Shown: positions 9,046 through 18,788 of the stretch, piece after piece
Layout of the letters: each line of letters starts with the position of its first letter
Position numbering within the stretch: the first letter of the stretch is position 1
From: Halomonas sp. ML-15
GTDB taxonomy: Bacteria > Pseudomonadota > Gammaproteobacteria > Pseudomonadales > Halomonadaceae
NCBI RefSeq assembly: GCF_014779595.1
Contig: NZ_JACXZT010000009.1
Span: forward strand, 3,378-67,377
DNA length: 64,000 nt
Direction of reading: 5' to 3'
Translations under genes and position numbers: made by a program
Notes under the pieces: model-generated
What the model was told of the DNA's origin: nothing
What the model saw: the letters and a program-made list of their open reading frames with translations, nothing else
Database searches by the model: none

Positions 9046-10929
9046 ATGAAACGTTTTTGCTGTGTTCTGGTGTTCACCTTGGCATTTATCCCGTGGCTGG
9101 TGCTAGGCGAAGAGGGGGGCGATATTCAATGGATCGACGCCGACCTTATGGGGGTGGAAGAGGGCGACTCTACGGCCGCGTACTACTTTGAGCCACCGGT
9201 GGCCGATGGTGAACTCTGGTCGGTCATCCTTTACTACATTGACGAGAGCGACGGCGATGATCCCGTGGTCGCGTATGACGTCCAACTCGATAACCCGGAC
9301 TTTCACGATGCGTTCTTGGTGGGTGAATACAGCCGCTACTACCAGGATGGCAGCCTCCACAGAGTTGGCACGCTGGATGACAAGAGCCGACCACATGGGA
9401 CCTTTACCCATTATCACCGCGATGGCAGCTACGAGGTGTCGGAATATCGGCATGGGCAGCGTCATGGATACCGTCGCGACTACCACGCCAACGATCAACT
9501 GAAACACGAGCAGCACTTCGTTGATGGCGAGCCCGAGGACGGCGAGCGCGTTTACTACGATGAGAATGGTGAAGTGACAACGCGATACTGGCACGTGGAC
9601 GGCAAACTGCATGGTGCGTTGGAACGATTCGTTGGCGGTGTGCTGATGCTAGGGGAGGACTACGTTGATGGACAGCGGCACGGTTGGGCGCGTCGTTTTA
9701 CCGAGGAGGGTGAAAAGGTCAGCGAAGTGGAGTTTGTAGGCGGACAGAGACATGGTGTTGAACGTCGCTGGAGTGATGGCCAGCTTACTCTGGAGAGCCA
9801 CTATCGGCACGGCCAGCAACATGGCCAGCGCCAACGATGGGACGATGGCGTCCTCATCGTGAATAGCTCGTACGTGGAGGGGTCACGTCAGGGTGAAGCG
9901 CAGTTCTTCCGTAATGATGGTACCCGAAGCCGTTACGAATACCGGGATGAGGACGGGCAACTCATTGAGAGACGGGAATATGGCACTGACGACCAGATGA
10001 CCTCGCTGATGATCGTCGAAGAGGGGGAGTACGGCCCTATGACTCGCCAGGAAACCTATCGCGACGGTGCGCTGGTGAGACGCAGGGTGAATAGCGAGGA
10101 CCGTCGTTGGAGTCTGGACGAGCAGTTTCAGCCCCCTGGTGCGGAAGAGCCACGTTACCGACGGGAGACGGTTGACCGTGAGATGCACGGCCGCCAGGTG
10201 AGACCGCTCAACTGGCCAGAAGGTAGTACTGAGATCGGTGAATACGATCATGGTGTCCCGGTGGGGGAACACCGGCATACCGATGAGGATGGCAATCTGA
10301 TCGCCGGTGGGCGGTATGAAAACGGTCACAAAGTGGGTGAGTGGATCACGCTGAGCTACGAGAGCACTGTCCACGAGAACTATGACGATGAGGGGCGTTT
10401 GCACGGCGAGCGTCGGGAAGTCCACGAGGATGGCACGCAGCTGGTGCGGGAGCATTATCGACATGGGGAGCGGCATGGCGATTACATTCAGCGCCATGCG
10501 TGGAACGGGCACATCATAGGCGAAGGTGAGTACCGCGATGGTCAGCGGATCGGCACATGGCGGGTGTTCAACGATTCCCACCAGGCGACATTCGAAGGTG
10601 AGTATGTCGACGGTGAAAAGGACGGACTCTGGGTAGCCCACTTCGAGGATGGCTATGAGCGTGGGAGGGTTCGCTATGACGCCGGATTGCCAGTGGGTGA
10701 TCACTACATTTTCACCCACGATGGCGCCGTGGAGCTAGTCTCCCGTTACGAGGAGGGGCGGCTGCATGGTGAGCAACTGCGTTATTTCGAAGGTACGTTA
10801 AGTGAGGTCCGGCGCTATCGCAATGGAGAGCCCCACGGATTGAACGAGTTCTTCCTGCCTGACGGCGAGCGCTACATGGTGTCGGAATACCGTGACGGCG
10901 TTCTGCTGGAAAGGGAAGACGAGCTGTGA
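9046..10929 (+). CDS. Secreted MORN-variant (YwqK-like) repeat protein (627 aa)
   Basis: Signal peptide. More than 15 tandem ~23-aa repeats of the form Y..DG.L...G.Y..G.RHG. AGGGAGG RBS. Confidence 0.75.
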   Translation: MKRFCCVLVFTLAFIPWLVLGEEGGDIQWIDADLMGVEEGDSTAAYYFEPPVADGELWSVILYYIDESDGDDPVVAYDVQLDNPDFHDAFLVGEYSRYYQDGSLHRVGTLDDKSRPHGTFTHYHRDGSYEVSEYRHGQRHGYRRDYHANDQLKHEQHFVDGEPEDGERVYYDENGEVTTRYWHVDGKLHGALERFVGGVLMLGEDYVDGQRHGWARRFTEEGEKVSEVEFVGGQRHGVERRWSDGQLTLESHYRHGQQHGQRQRWDDGVLIVNSSYVEGSRQGEAQFFRNDGTRSRYEYRDEDGQLIERREYGTDDQMTSLMIVEEGEYGPMTRQETYRDGALVRRRVNSEDRRWSLDEQFQPPGAEEPRYRRETVDREMHGRQVRPLNWPEGSTEIGEYDHGVPVGEHRHTDEDGNLIAGGRYENGHKVGEWITLSYESTVHENYDDEGRLHGERREVHEDGTQLVREHYRHGERHGDYIQRHAWNGHIIGEGEYRDGQRIGTWRVFNDSHQATFEGEYVDGEKDGLWVAHFEDGYERGRVRYDAGLPVGDHYIFTHDGAVELVSRYEEGRLHGEQLRYFEGTLSEVRRYRNGEPHGLNEFFLPDGERYMVSEYRDGVLLEREDEL

Positions 10930-12038
10930 TGAGGTGCCAGTGGAAATCGATGAGGCTGCCGATCTCGGTGATGCTGATGATCCTGACGTTGATCGCGTGT
11001 GACTCAGCCAGGGATGTCGATGTGATTCAGGAGTACCGGGGAAACAGCCATCGTACCGGGCTGTTCGAGGGTAGTGGGCCAAGTGAAAAGCCCAGTCAGC
11101 TATGGCGCTTCCTCACATTGAGTGTGCTGACAGAAACTCCGGTGATCGGCGGTGACACCTTGTTCGTTGGAAGTACCGATCGCTCCGTCTATGCTCTCGA
11201 CGTAGACACTGGAAAGCGGCGTTGGCGTTACAGAACTCTGGGCAATGTTCGCGATGCGGTCGCTGTGGACGAGCAACGCGTTTATGCTGCTGGTGAGGAT
11301 AATACTTTCTACGCCATCGACCGCTATAGCGGCGAGCCACACTGGCAGTTTCCCCTGGACAAGACGCCCCACGGTGCTGCCGCGGTGCGCGAGGGCTTGG
11401 TCTACTTCGGCAGTTTCGATGATCGAGTGATTGCACTGGATACCGACACCGGTGAGCTAGTGTGGGAGTTTCAAGGCAGTCGATCGTTCGCCGCGGGCAT
11501 CACCGTGGTCGAGGACACCCTGTATGCCGCTAGCTTCGACGGACATCTCTACGCGTTTGATGCCGAAACTGGGGAGAAACGCTGGCGGGTTTCCGTGGGT
11601 CGAGGACATTGGCTGACCACCACGCCTGTCTACCGTGAGGGGCAGGTCTTCGTCGGTGGTTGGGCGCAGTACATGACGGCTGTCGGCGCCGAAACAGGAG
11701 AAATCAACTGGACCATCGACACCGAATCTCGGTTGGACCATCCTCCCAGCGTGGCACATGGCTTGGTCTACATCAGTGGAATGAACGCTCTGCAGGCCGT
11801 GGATGAGCAGACTGGGGAACTACGCTGGTCCTTCGATGAGCGCATATTCCGCTCCCCCGCGGTGACCGATAATCGCCTATACGCCGCTTGCGAGAACCAG
11901 GTCTGTACCCTGGATCCTATCAGTGGCGAACTGCTTTGGCGCTCCGATCCGTTGAGCGATACCGTCACTACAATCACCGTGCACGGAGATAGGCTTTTCG
12001 TGACCACCATTGATGGTTATATCTACGCCCTGCAGTGA
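10926..12038 (+). CDS. PQQ-like beta-propeller repeat lipoprotein (BamB-like fold)
   Basis: Lipobox LIAC. Repeats of (V)YAxxxDxxhYAhDxxTGExxWxF. Start overlaps the upstream stop (translational coupling). Confidence 0.75.
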   Translation: MMRCQWKSMRLPISVMLMILTLIACDSARDVDVIQEYRGNSHRTGLFEGSGPSEKPSQLWRFLTLSVLTETPVIGGDTLFVGSTDRSVYALDVDTGKRRWRYRTLGNVRDAVAVDEQRVYAAGEDNTFYAIDRYSGEPHWQFPLDKTPHGAAAVREGLVYFGSFDDRVIALDTDTGELVWEFQGSRSFAAGITVVEDTLYAASFDGHLYAFDAETGEKRWRVSVGRGHWLTTTPVYREGQVFVGGWAQYMTAVGAETGEINWTIDTESRLDHPPSVAHGLVYISGMNALQAVDEQTGELRWSFDERIFRSPAVTDNRLYAACENQVCTLDPISGELLWRSDPLSDTVTTITVHGDRLFVTTIDGYIYALQ

Positions 12039-12187
12039 GGGGGCGTGTCAGCCCGCGATCTAAACATGGGTGAGTGTCTGTCACCCATTGAGTACGAACG
12101 GCATTATTGCCAGAGCCCATCGGGTGTTCAGAATACCCGATGTGGCGCATAAGAAACTGTTGAGCAACCGATCGAGACAGGTGAAAA

Positions 12188-12760
12188 ATGATAAGGATCA
12201 TTAGATACTTCATTATTACTACGGTTATGCTGGCCAGCTTTTCGGCAGCTGTTGCCGAAAACAGAGATGAGAAGGAAGAAGTGATTGAACTGTTTTCAGA
12301 ATATCTGGAGGCATATTCAGAGTCGGACTTTCATAGAGCAGCAACCTTTGTCCATCCGCAACATTTGAGTGACTATGAACGATACACTCTCCCGGTGCTG
12401 ATTGAGGCGAAGAACCACCCCAGGGGTGCGCAGCACATGATTGTGGAGGTGTTTTTTGAGGGGGTGCCAGACGACAAGATCCATGAGCTAACCGGCAAGC
12501 AGATATCAGCACGCCTTGATCGCGCTATGGTGAGTTATCTCCCGATAATTATCGAGTCAGCGCGTATGGAAAACTTAACTATCAAGACGGTCGATTTCTT
12601 GGACGAGGGTCGTGCCAGGGTAAGCTATGATTACCTTAATAGTGATGGTGAGATAAATGAACTTGAGGATAACTTCGCAAAATATGAAGATGAGTGGAGA
12701 ATTTTGCTGCCCGAGCCACCTAAACAAGCTGCAGAGAGTTTGAAGAGCCTTTATTGGTAA
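12188..12760 (+). CDS. Small secreted protein (signal peptide), unknown
   Basis: N-terminal signal sequence MLASFSAAVA. Acidic. Confidence 0.55.
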   Translation: MIRIIRYFIITTVMLASFSAAVAENRDEKEEVIELFSEYLEAYSESDFHRAATFVHPQHLSDYERYTLPVLIEAKNHPRGAQHMIVEVFFEGVPDDKIHELTGKQISARLDRAMVSYLPIIIESARMENLTIKTVDFLDEGRARVSYDYLNSDGEINELEDNFAKYEDEWRILLPEPPKQAAESLKSLYW

Positions 12761-12819
12761 GGCGGCCGGTCTCGCGGAGTGGCCGCCATTAAGCGACTTG
12801 AAGCCCTACTTTTTTAGTA

Positions 12820-13455
12820 ATGGAGCAATACATGATCCCTTTTCGTTTTAATAGAGACTTTGATGTCGAGATGCTCGAGTCTCTATATCAGCATCTCCGC
12901 ACCCATGACAATGGAGTGGAACTTACTCTACGTGCTCCAGGCGGAAATAAAGTAGACGCTGCTGGCAAGGCAGTTTCCGGGGTGGTCAAGGATGCTGGAG
13001 GAAGAACATTGTTATCAATGCGCCCAAAAGAGGGGGTTGTTTACTTGAGGCGGGCTGGTGCTTTAAAGGCACCTCTGATTGATTTTCTTAAGGAGCGTGG
13101 ATTTGATCAAGATAAAATAAATGGTGAGCTTTCCGTGGTATGTATCGGTGTTTACATTGCGCTAGTGGCTGGTCTTGGGTTTTACTATTTTCTCAATGCC
13201 CAGATGCTGTATTTTTACCCTGTTCTATTGATGTGCGCAGGCGTGATGGTTGCTGGATTATTTCTCTTGTCGCACTCCAGCAAGCCGGGCCAAGAGGTTT
13301 GGGAATTACCCGGAATGATTATGCTTGTTCTAGGCGCTTTGTTTACCGCCCCAGCGTGTATCTTGGCGAAGCCAATGATCAAGACGCTTGGGCTAAAGAA
13401 GTTGCAGTATCATCTTGTACAGGACAATGTCAGCTTGTATGAGGTAGAAAGGTAG
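12820..13455 (+). CDS. Membrane protein, unknown (soluble N-domain plus 3-4 TM)
   Basis: Hydrophobic segments in the C-terminal half. Confidence 0.45.
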   Translation: MEQYMIPFRFNRDFDVEMLESLYQHLRTHDNGVELTLRAPGGNKVDAAGKAVSGVVKDAGGRTLLSMRPKEGVVYLRRAGALKAPLIDFLKERGFDQDKINGELSVVCIGVYIALVAGLGFYYFLNAQMLYFYPVLLMCAGVMVAGLFLLSHSSKPGQEVWELPGMIMLVLGALFTAPACILAKPMIKTLGLKKLQYHLVQDNVSLYEVER

Positions 13456-13495
13456 TTGATCCGTAAGTCAAGTAGGTGCTTGAATCCACTCAGCT

Positions 13496-14071
13496 ATGAT
13501 TGATCATGAGTTGTACAGGGGAAAATCTGTGAAATGTACCGCGTGCCAAGAAGGCAATCTGATCCCGAGCTTCCTGGATGACTTGTTTCGTTGTCATACG
13601 TGCGATAGTTGCGGCGGGAACTGGATCTTGATTGAAGACTATATTAGCTGGAAGGAACGGCATCCGGAGCATGTGTTCTCCGGTGAGAGCATCGATGCCG
13701 AGGATTCGCCGGGTGCCTTGATCTGTCCTATGAGCGGCGGGTTGATGCGAAAGTTCCGGATTGCCAAGGACAATGCCCATCGAGTGGATTATAGCGCCAG
13801 GGTCGGTGGAGTATGGCTACACAAGGGTGAATGGGAGATGCTGGTGGCCGAAGGCTTGGCGGGCAACCTTAATGCTATTCTGACGGACCAGTGGCAGCAC
13901 CGTATTCGCCAGGAGAAAGCCAGTGAGTCCCTCGAGAACTTGTATCGCAGTAAGTTCGGGGAAAGTGACTACCAGAGGGCTTGCGAAATCAGGGAGTGGC
14001 TGCATGATCATCCGCAGAAATCTGATATTCGAGCGTTTCTCATGGCCGATTCGCCGTTCTCGGTATCCTAG
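13496..14071 (+). CDS. Tandem TFIIB-type zinc-ribbon domain protein
   Basis: C..C…C..CGG.W and CPMSGG…GGVWL.KGE.E.L patterns characteristic of bacterial zf-TFIIB-like ribbons. Confidence 0.5.
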   Translation: MIDHELYRGKSVKCTACQEGNLIPSFLDDLFRCHTCDSCGGNWILIEDYISWKERHPEHVFSGESIDAEDSPGALICPMSGGLMRKFRIAKDNAHRVDYSARVGGVWLHKGEWEMLVAEGLAGNLNAILTDQWQHRIRQEKASESLENLYRSKFGESDYQRACEIREWLHDHPQKSDIRAFLMADSPFSVS

Positions 14072-14105
14072 GTAACTGCATATAAGTTGGCGAGCTCGGG
14101 GGATA

Positions 14106-14633
14106 TCACCAGGCGATGACCGCGATGAGCATGAGTATCCCGAAGGGAACTGCCACCCAAAGCATCAGAGCTAGCGGTATCAGCGTCGCACAGCGCCTTG
14201 CTCGTGGCCGTTTATCCCCCCAGCGAATGAAGCAAGCACATAGCGGACTGGCGATCAGAGAGGCCGTTACTATAAGATTGGTATCTTGGCCATCATGTAT
14301 TAAAGAGGCTGGAGGAAGCCCGTTTATAGGCCAAAAATCGAGACGCAGTATCATCAGGGCCAAGGCGGCTGCGAAGAGTCCCATGGCAATTTGCCAAGGG
14401 TAGCTGTGGCGTGCGAGATAATGCCGGAAAAGAGCATAGAATGCTCCCGTCATTACTGGGCCTAGGCCAGCAAAAAAATAGACCAAGGGGAAAAATGGAA
14501 TGGCAACAAGCAGTGGAGGAGCCAAAACGGAAATTGGCAAAATGAAGCACCATGGCCCTAATACCGCATAGACGAGAATAGACTCCCACGCCGGTGTAGG
14601 GGGAGTAAGGGAAGGCTCGGGTTCTGTTCGCAT
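14106..14633 (-). CDS. Multi-TM membrane protein, unknown; downstream of the PspA-like gene
   Basis: 4-5 hydrophobic helices. Confidence 0.45.
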   Translation of the reverse strand: MRTEPEPSLTPPTPAWESILVYAVLGPWCFILPISVLAPPLLVAIPFFPLVYFFAGLGPVMTGAFYALFRHYLARHSYPWQIAMGLFAAALALMILRLDFWPINGLPPASLIHDGQDTNLIVTASLIASPLCACFIRWGDKRPRARRCATLIPLALMLWVAVPFGILMLIAVIAW

Positions 14634-14756
14634 GAGGGCCGCGGCAGCCTGTATGGTGGGGTGTTGATGGGTCTATTTATCGCCGGACAGGCGTAGCGCC
14701 CTAACGGTGCCAGGGAAACATCTGGGGCCATCTACCCATGGCCCCAGACATCGGTG

Positions 14757-15461
14757 CTACGAGGCAGATTCGCTACGCGAAGCCTTCAAGCGAGCCATGA
14801 CACCTTCCACAGCGTCGCTTTCCTGATCGATGCCTGCTGCCTTCAGGCGCTCGTCGAGGTCGGCACCGGTCAGCTCCTTCTCCAGCTGCACGCTGGCATG
14901 TTGCTTATCCTCAAGACGTTGCTGGCGCTCGCGGATACGAGCGAGGGTGGTCTTGGCACTGGTCAGAGAGGACTGGTTGCTACCGATGTTGGTGTCGATC
15001 TGAGCGGTAGTGCGGAGTACCCGCTCGTTGGTCTTGACCACTTGGAGTTCGCGCTTGTATTCGGCCAGCTGTTTCTCCGACTTCTGCATGCGTTCACGCA
15101 TGCTGTCCACCTTGCCTTGCAGCTTGGTACGGGTGGCGGTTAGCTCGCTGCGTTGGCGCTCTGCTTCCACGATGCGTTCGGCGACTTCGCGAGCCAGGTC
15201 TTCCTTGCTGGCTGCCAGGGCCTTGCGGGCGTCATCTTCACGGCGGGCGATTTCATCTTCTGTATTCTTGATCTGGCGTGCAAGGGAGGTGTTCTCGGCC
15301 ATCAGGGCTGCAAGCTCCTGACGCGCCTGTTGAAGCTCGTTCTCGGCGTCACGTATTTCCTGTTCGAAGATGCGGTTCGCCTGGTTGTCCACGACCGACT
15401 CGCCCAGTTCGTTAACCCCTCCGCGCATGGCGGTAAGCATTTTCTTGAATACCGATTTCAT
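14757..15461 (-). CDS. PspA/IM30 (ESCRT-III-like) family protein, YjfJ-like
   Basis: N-terminal MKSVFKKMLTAMRGGVNELGE…NQANRIFEQEIRDAENELQQARQ. Coiled-coil throughout. Typical PspA/IM30 length. Confidence 0.85.
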   Translation of the reverse strand: MKSVFKKMLTAMRGGVNELGESVVDNQANRIFEQEIRDAENELQQARQELAALMAENTSLARQIKNTEDEIARREDDARKALAASKEDLAREVAERIVEAERQRSELTATRTKLQGKVDSMRERMQKSEKQLAEYKRELQVVKTNERVLRTTAQIDTNIGSNQSSLTSAKTTLARIRERQQRLEDKQHASVQLEKELTGADLDERLKAAGIDQESDAVEGVMARLKASRSESAS

Positions 15462-15476
15462 ACCGTAGCGCTCCTG

Positions 15477-15881
15477 TTACTTTAAGAAATCTTCAAATAT
15501 TTCAAGTAGATCAATGGCGTTGTCGGCAAGAGTGGTTAGCTCTTGGGCAATTTCTCGATAGGTTGCCGAAGTGGCCAAGGCCCCATGTACGACATAATGT
15601 TGCTCGATTTTGCCAAGAGCGCTGAGTGGCATGGGCACGCTGAGTCTCAGCATGTTGTCGAGAAGTGTCGGGAGACGCTCCGGGATGACTTCACCCTCAT
15701 CAAAAAGGTAAGTGAAGCATAGAATCTGTGCTTCGTCGGCGGTGAGGTAGACAGGCATCTCCTCTGCGCCCGAAACGGTAACCTGCAGCACGTCTTCTTT
15801 ACCTTCTATAGGCATGACGTGGAAGTGTCGACCTTCATGGGTCGTATCGCTGAGGTGTAATGTGAGGTCTTGCGTATCCAC
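15477..15881 (-). CDS. YjfI-like (DUF2170) cytoplasmic protein, partner of the PspA-family gene
   Basis: Size and position immediately upstream of the PspA-like gene mirror the E. coli yjfI-yjfJ arrangement. Sequence recalled as DUF2170-like with moderate certainty. Confidence 0.55.
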   Translation of the reverse strand: MDTQDLTLHLSDTTHEGRHFHVMPIEGKEDVLQVTVSGAEEMPVYLTADEAQILCFTYLFDEGEVIPERLPTLLDNMLRLSVPMPLSALGKIEQHYVVHGALATSATYREIAQELTTLADNAIDLLEIFEDFLK

Positions 15882-15909
15882 TGCGCTCTCCCTTTCTCGT
15901 GGAATCTGG

Positions 15910-15938
15910 TTGACAGCGTTTCTACAACTAATTAAGTT
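15910..15938 (+). promoter_or_regulatory. Candidate sigma70 promoter for the nfeD-flotillin operon in the divergent intergenic region
   Basis: TTGACA, 17 nt spacer, TAAGTT. Confidence 0.3.
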
Positions 15939-16047
15939 TATCCGGATGAAGAGGGGGTTGGCAACGCATTGGCTACTGAATGTCGTTGCAAGGGGAGGCT
16001 TTGCCAGGGATTCCTGAGGCAGCCATAGTTAAAGCCTGTCTCAAGGG

Positions 16048-16683
16048 ATGATGAGGCAAATGTCGATATTTCTATCTATTATCATATCTTTTCCTACCGT
16101 CGTTTTTACTGTTCTGCTCTGTGTTGCCGTTATCTATTGGCTCGTATCCCTATCGGGAATGGTCGATGGTGATGTACTGGATGGTGATGTTGGAGGCGAT
16201 GGGGCAGTAGACTTCGGTGGTTTGCTCGCCACGCTTGGGCTCCAAGGTGTGCCGTTACCCCTGATGGTGACGCTCCTGTCTTTAACGGGCTGGCTGTTGA
16301 GCTACTTCGCTGACCTGTGGCTGGGCGTTAGTACTGCATCTGGCTGGCTAAGTTGGTTGCTGGGCATCGTTCTCCTGCTTGCATCGCTGGTGGGCGCACT
16401 CTTTGCTACGGCCATTCTCATCCGCCCGCTACGGCCCCTGTTCGTGCGGGCATACCACAAGCCGCAAGAAAAGCAGCTCATTGGCACACTCTGCACGATT
16501 CGTTCGGGCTCGGTTGGTCTGGGCAGTGGAAGTGCCGATGTCCACGTCGATGGCTCGCACTTGATTCTACAGGTAAGAAGCGACTCGGCCTTGGCACGCG
16601 GGGACCAAGCCGTACTGATCGAATACTTGTTGGAAGAGCAGGCCTACTGGGTCGTACCTGAAAAAGAATTCCATACCGGCTAG
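16048..16683 (+). CDS. NfeD-like membrane protein (YqiJ family) with C-terminal OB-fold
   Basis: TM helix, acidic DGDVLDGDVGGDG stretch, further TMs, C-terminal beta-rich segment. Gene directly precedes the flotillin gene. Confidence 0.75.
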   Translation: MMRQMSIFLSIIISFPTVVFTVLLCVAVIYWLVSLSGMVDGDVLDGDVGGDGAVDFGGLLATLGLQGVPLPLMVTLLSLTGWLLSYFADLWLGVSTASGWLSWLLGIVLLLASLVGALFATAILIRPLRPLFVRAYHKPQEKQLIGTLCTIRSGSVGLGSGSADVHVDGSHLILQVRSDSALARGDQAVLIEYLLEEQAYWVVPEKEFHTG

Positions 16684-16706
16684 GCCGGTGTAAACACGCA
16701 GGCAAC

Positions 16707-18662
16707 ATGGAGACTAAAGCAATGGATTTGTCGTGGATCATGCCACTGATTGTGGCAATTGGTGTTATCACCATTACTGTTTTTGCCTTGCTGGCGTTAT
16801 TTCAGGCTTTTTATCGAAAAATCGATCAGGGCCAGGCGCTGATCGTCAATGATCTCTCAATGACACCGAAGGTGTACTTTACCGGTGCCATGGTGTTGCC
16901 GGTCATTCATCGCTCCGAGATCATGAAGATATCGGTCATTACTCTGGAGATGAATCGCACCGGTAAAGAAGGCTTGATCTGCCGCGACAACCTGCGTGCC
17001 GATATCAGCGTGGCCTTCTATCTCAGGGTCAATGCCACGGCAGACGATGTGCTGCGCGTTGCCAAGTCGGTTGGTGTGGGGCGCGCCTCCGACCGTGATG
17101 CGGTAAATGAGCTGTTCAATGCCAAGTTCAGCGAGGCGTTGAAGACCGTCGGCAAGAAGATGGACTTCATGCAGCTCTTCGATGAGCGCCAGCAGTTCCG
17201 TGATGCCATCGTCGAGACCATCGGTCAGGACTTGAATGGCTACATCCTCGAAGACGTGGCGATCGATTATCTCGAGCAGACGCCCAAGAGCTCTTTGGAC
17301 TCCAATAACATTCTGGATTCAGAGGGCATCAAGCGCATCACCGAAATCACGGCCCAGCACAACGTCGAGACCAATCGCCTGGAGCGTGACCAGGAGCTGG
17401 AAATCCAGCGCAAGAACGTGTCTGCCCGTGAAGCGGGGCTGGAGCTGGAGCGTACCCAGGCCGATGCCGAAGCCCGCCAGCGTCGGGAGATCGATAGCCT
17501 GCAGGCGCGCGAGAGCTCGGAAACCGAGCAGATTCGTCAGCAGGAGCGTGCCAAGAGCGAGGCGGCACGCATCAAGACTGACGAAGAGCTGGCGATTGCC
17601 GATGAGAACAAGCAGCGCCAGATCGAGATGGCGGCCAAGGCGCGTGAGCGTGCCGTGCAGATCGAAGAAGTGCGCATTCAACAGGCGCGCGAACTCGAGG
17701 ATGTGAACCGCGAGCGCGCCGTGGAAATCGAGCGCATCGGCATGGAGAAAGCGCTGGAGGGAGAGCGCAAGGAAATCGCCGACATCACCAGCCAGCGTAT
17801 TGCCGTTGAGCGCAGCGTGGCGGAAGAAGAAGAGAATATCAGCGATGTCCGTAACCGTGCCGAAGCCGAACGCCACAAGGTGACTCGTCTGACGGCTGCC
17901 CAGGCGGAAGCGGAAGAGCGCAAGCTGAAAGAGGTGAAGTCGGCCGAGGCGGCTTTCGAGCGCTCCAAGCTCGAAGCCGAGGAAACGGTGATTCGCTCCC
18001 AGGCCGAGCTGGATGCCGCAGAGAAGAAGGCGGCCGCGGAAGAGAAACAGGCGCGTGGGAACCAGGCACTCGCCGCCGCCGATGGCCTGGCGGAGGCGCA
18101 AGTGCTGGAAGCCCGTGCACATGCGCAGCGCAGCGAAGGCTTGGCGCAGGCCGAGGTCAAGACGGCGAATGCCAAGGCCGAGGAAGATACCGGCATGGCC
18201 GAGGTGCGTGTGCTCGAGCAGCGTCTCGAGGCAGAGGCGATGGGCGAAGAGAAGCTGGGCGCTGCCAAGGCGCAAGCCCGCGAAGCCATGGCGTGCGCCG
18301 AGGCGAACGGCCTCGTCGAGAAGCTCAGGGCCTACGACAACATGTCCGAGGAGGCTCGCCACTTCGAAGAGTTCCGTATGAACCTCGAGGTGCACGAGAA
18401 GGAAGTCATGGCTCAGATCGAAGCGCAGCGCATCGGCATGCTGGAGAACGGCAAGGTGATGGCGGCAGCGCTGCAGAATGCCAAGTTCGAGCTGATCGGT
18501 GGCGATGGCGATATCTTCGAGAAGTTCGCAACGGGGCTCGGTTATGGCAAGACCGTACAAGGGGTTCTCGACAAGTCACCGGCACTCCAGGCGGCCCTGA
18601 TGGGGATCGCAAACCGGGCAGTGGGCAGCCAACCAGCGGCCAAGTCTACCGAAACCGCTTAA
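16707..18662 (+). CDS. Flotillin / SPFH (band 7) family protein, YqiK-like, with long Ala/Glu-rich coiled-coil tail
   Basis: N-terminal TM. GAMVLPVIH motif matching YqiK. SPFH core. ~350 aa EA-rich coiled coil. Confidence 0.9.
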   Translation: METKAMDLSWIMPLIVAIGVITITVFALLALFQAFYRKIDQGQALIVNDLSMTPKVYFTGAMVLPVIHRSEIMKISVITLEMNRTGKEGLICRDNLRADISVAFYLRVNATADDVLRVAKSVGVGRASDRDAVNELFNAKFSEALKTVGKKMDFMQLFDERQQFRDAIVETIGQDLNGYILEDVAIDYLEQTPKSSLDSNNILDSEGIKRITEITAQHNVETNRLERDQELEIQRKNVSAREAGLELERTQADAEARQRREIDSLQARESSETEQIRQQERAKSEAARIKTDEELAIADENKQRQIEMAAKARERAVQIEEVRIQQARELEDVNRERAVEIERIGMEKALEGERKEIADITSQRIAVERSVAEEEENISDVRNRAEAERHKVTRLTAAQAEAEERKLKEVKSAEAAFERSKLEAEETVIRSQAELDAAEKKAAAEEKQARGNQALAAADGLAEAQVLEARAHAQRSEGLAQAEVKTANAKAEEDTGMAEVRVLEQRLEAEAMGEEKLGAAKAQAREAMACAEANGLVEKLRAYDNMSEEARHFEEFRMNLEVHEKEVMAQIEAQRIGMLENGKVMAAALQNAKFELIGGDGDIFEKFATGLGYGKTVQGVLDKSPALQAALMGIANRAVGSQPAAKSTETA

Positions 18663-18788
18663 GGCATGGGCGACACCGCGTAGGTGCGTGTCGCCGGGGC
18701 CAGCCTTGCCTGTGTCCCGACCTTTCGCTTCAGGGCCGCCATGTATTGCACATGCTGCGGCCCTTGCCATTGCCAGCCTACTTCCAGG

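Noticed and set aside
9046-10929. Possible Rhs/YD-repeat toxin
   Set aside because: Repeats are ~23-aa YwqK/MORN-variant type (Y..DG.L...G.Y..G.RHG), not YD repeats. There is no RHS core or PxxxxDPxGL motif, and the protein is only 627 aa with a signal peptide.
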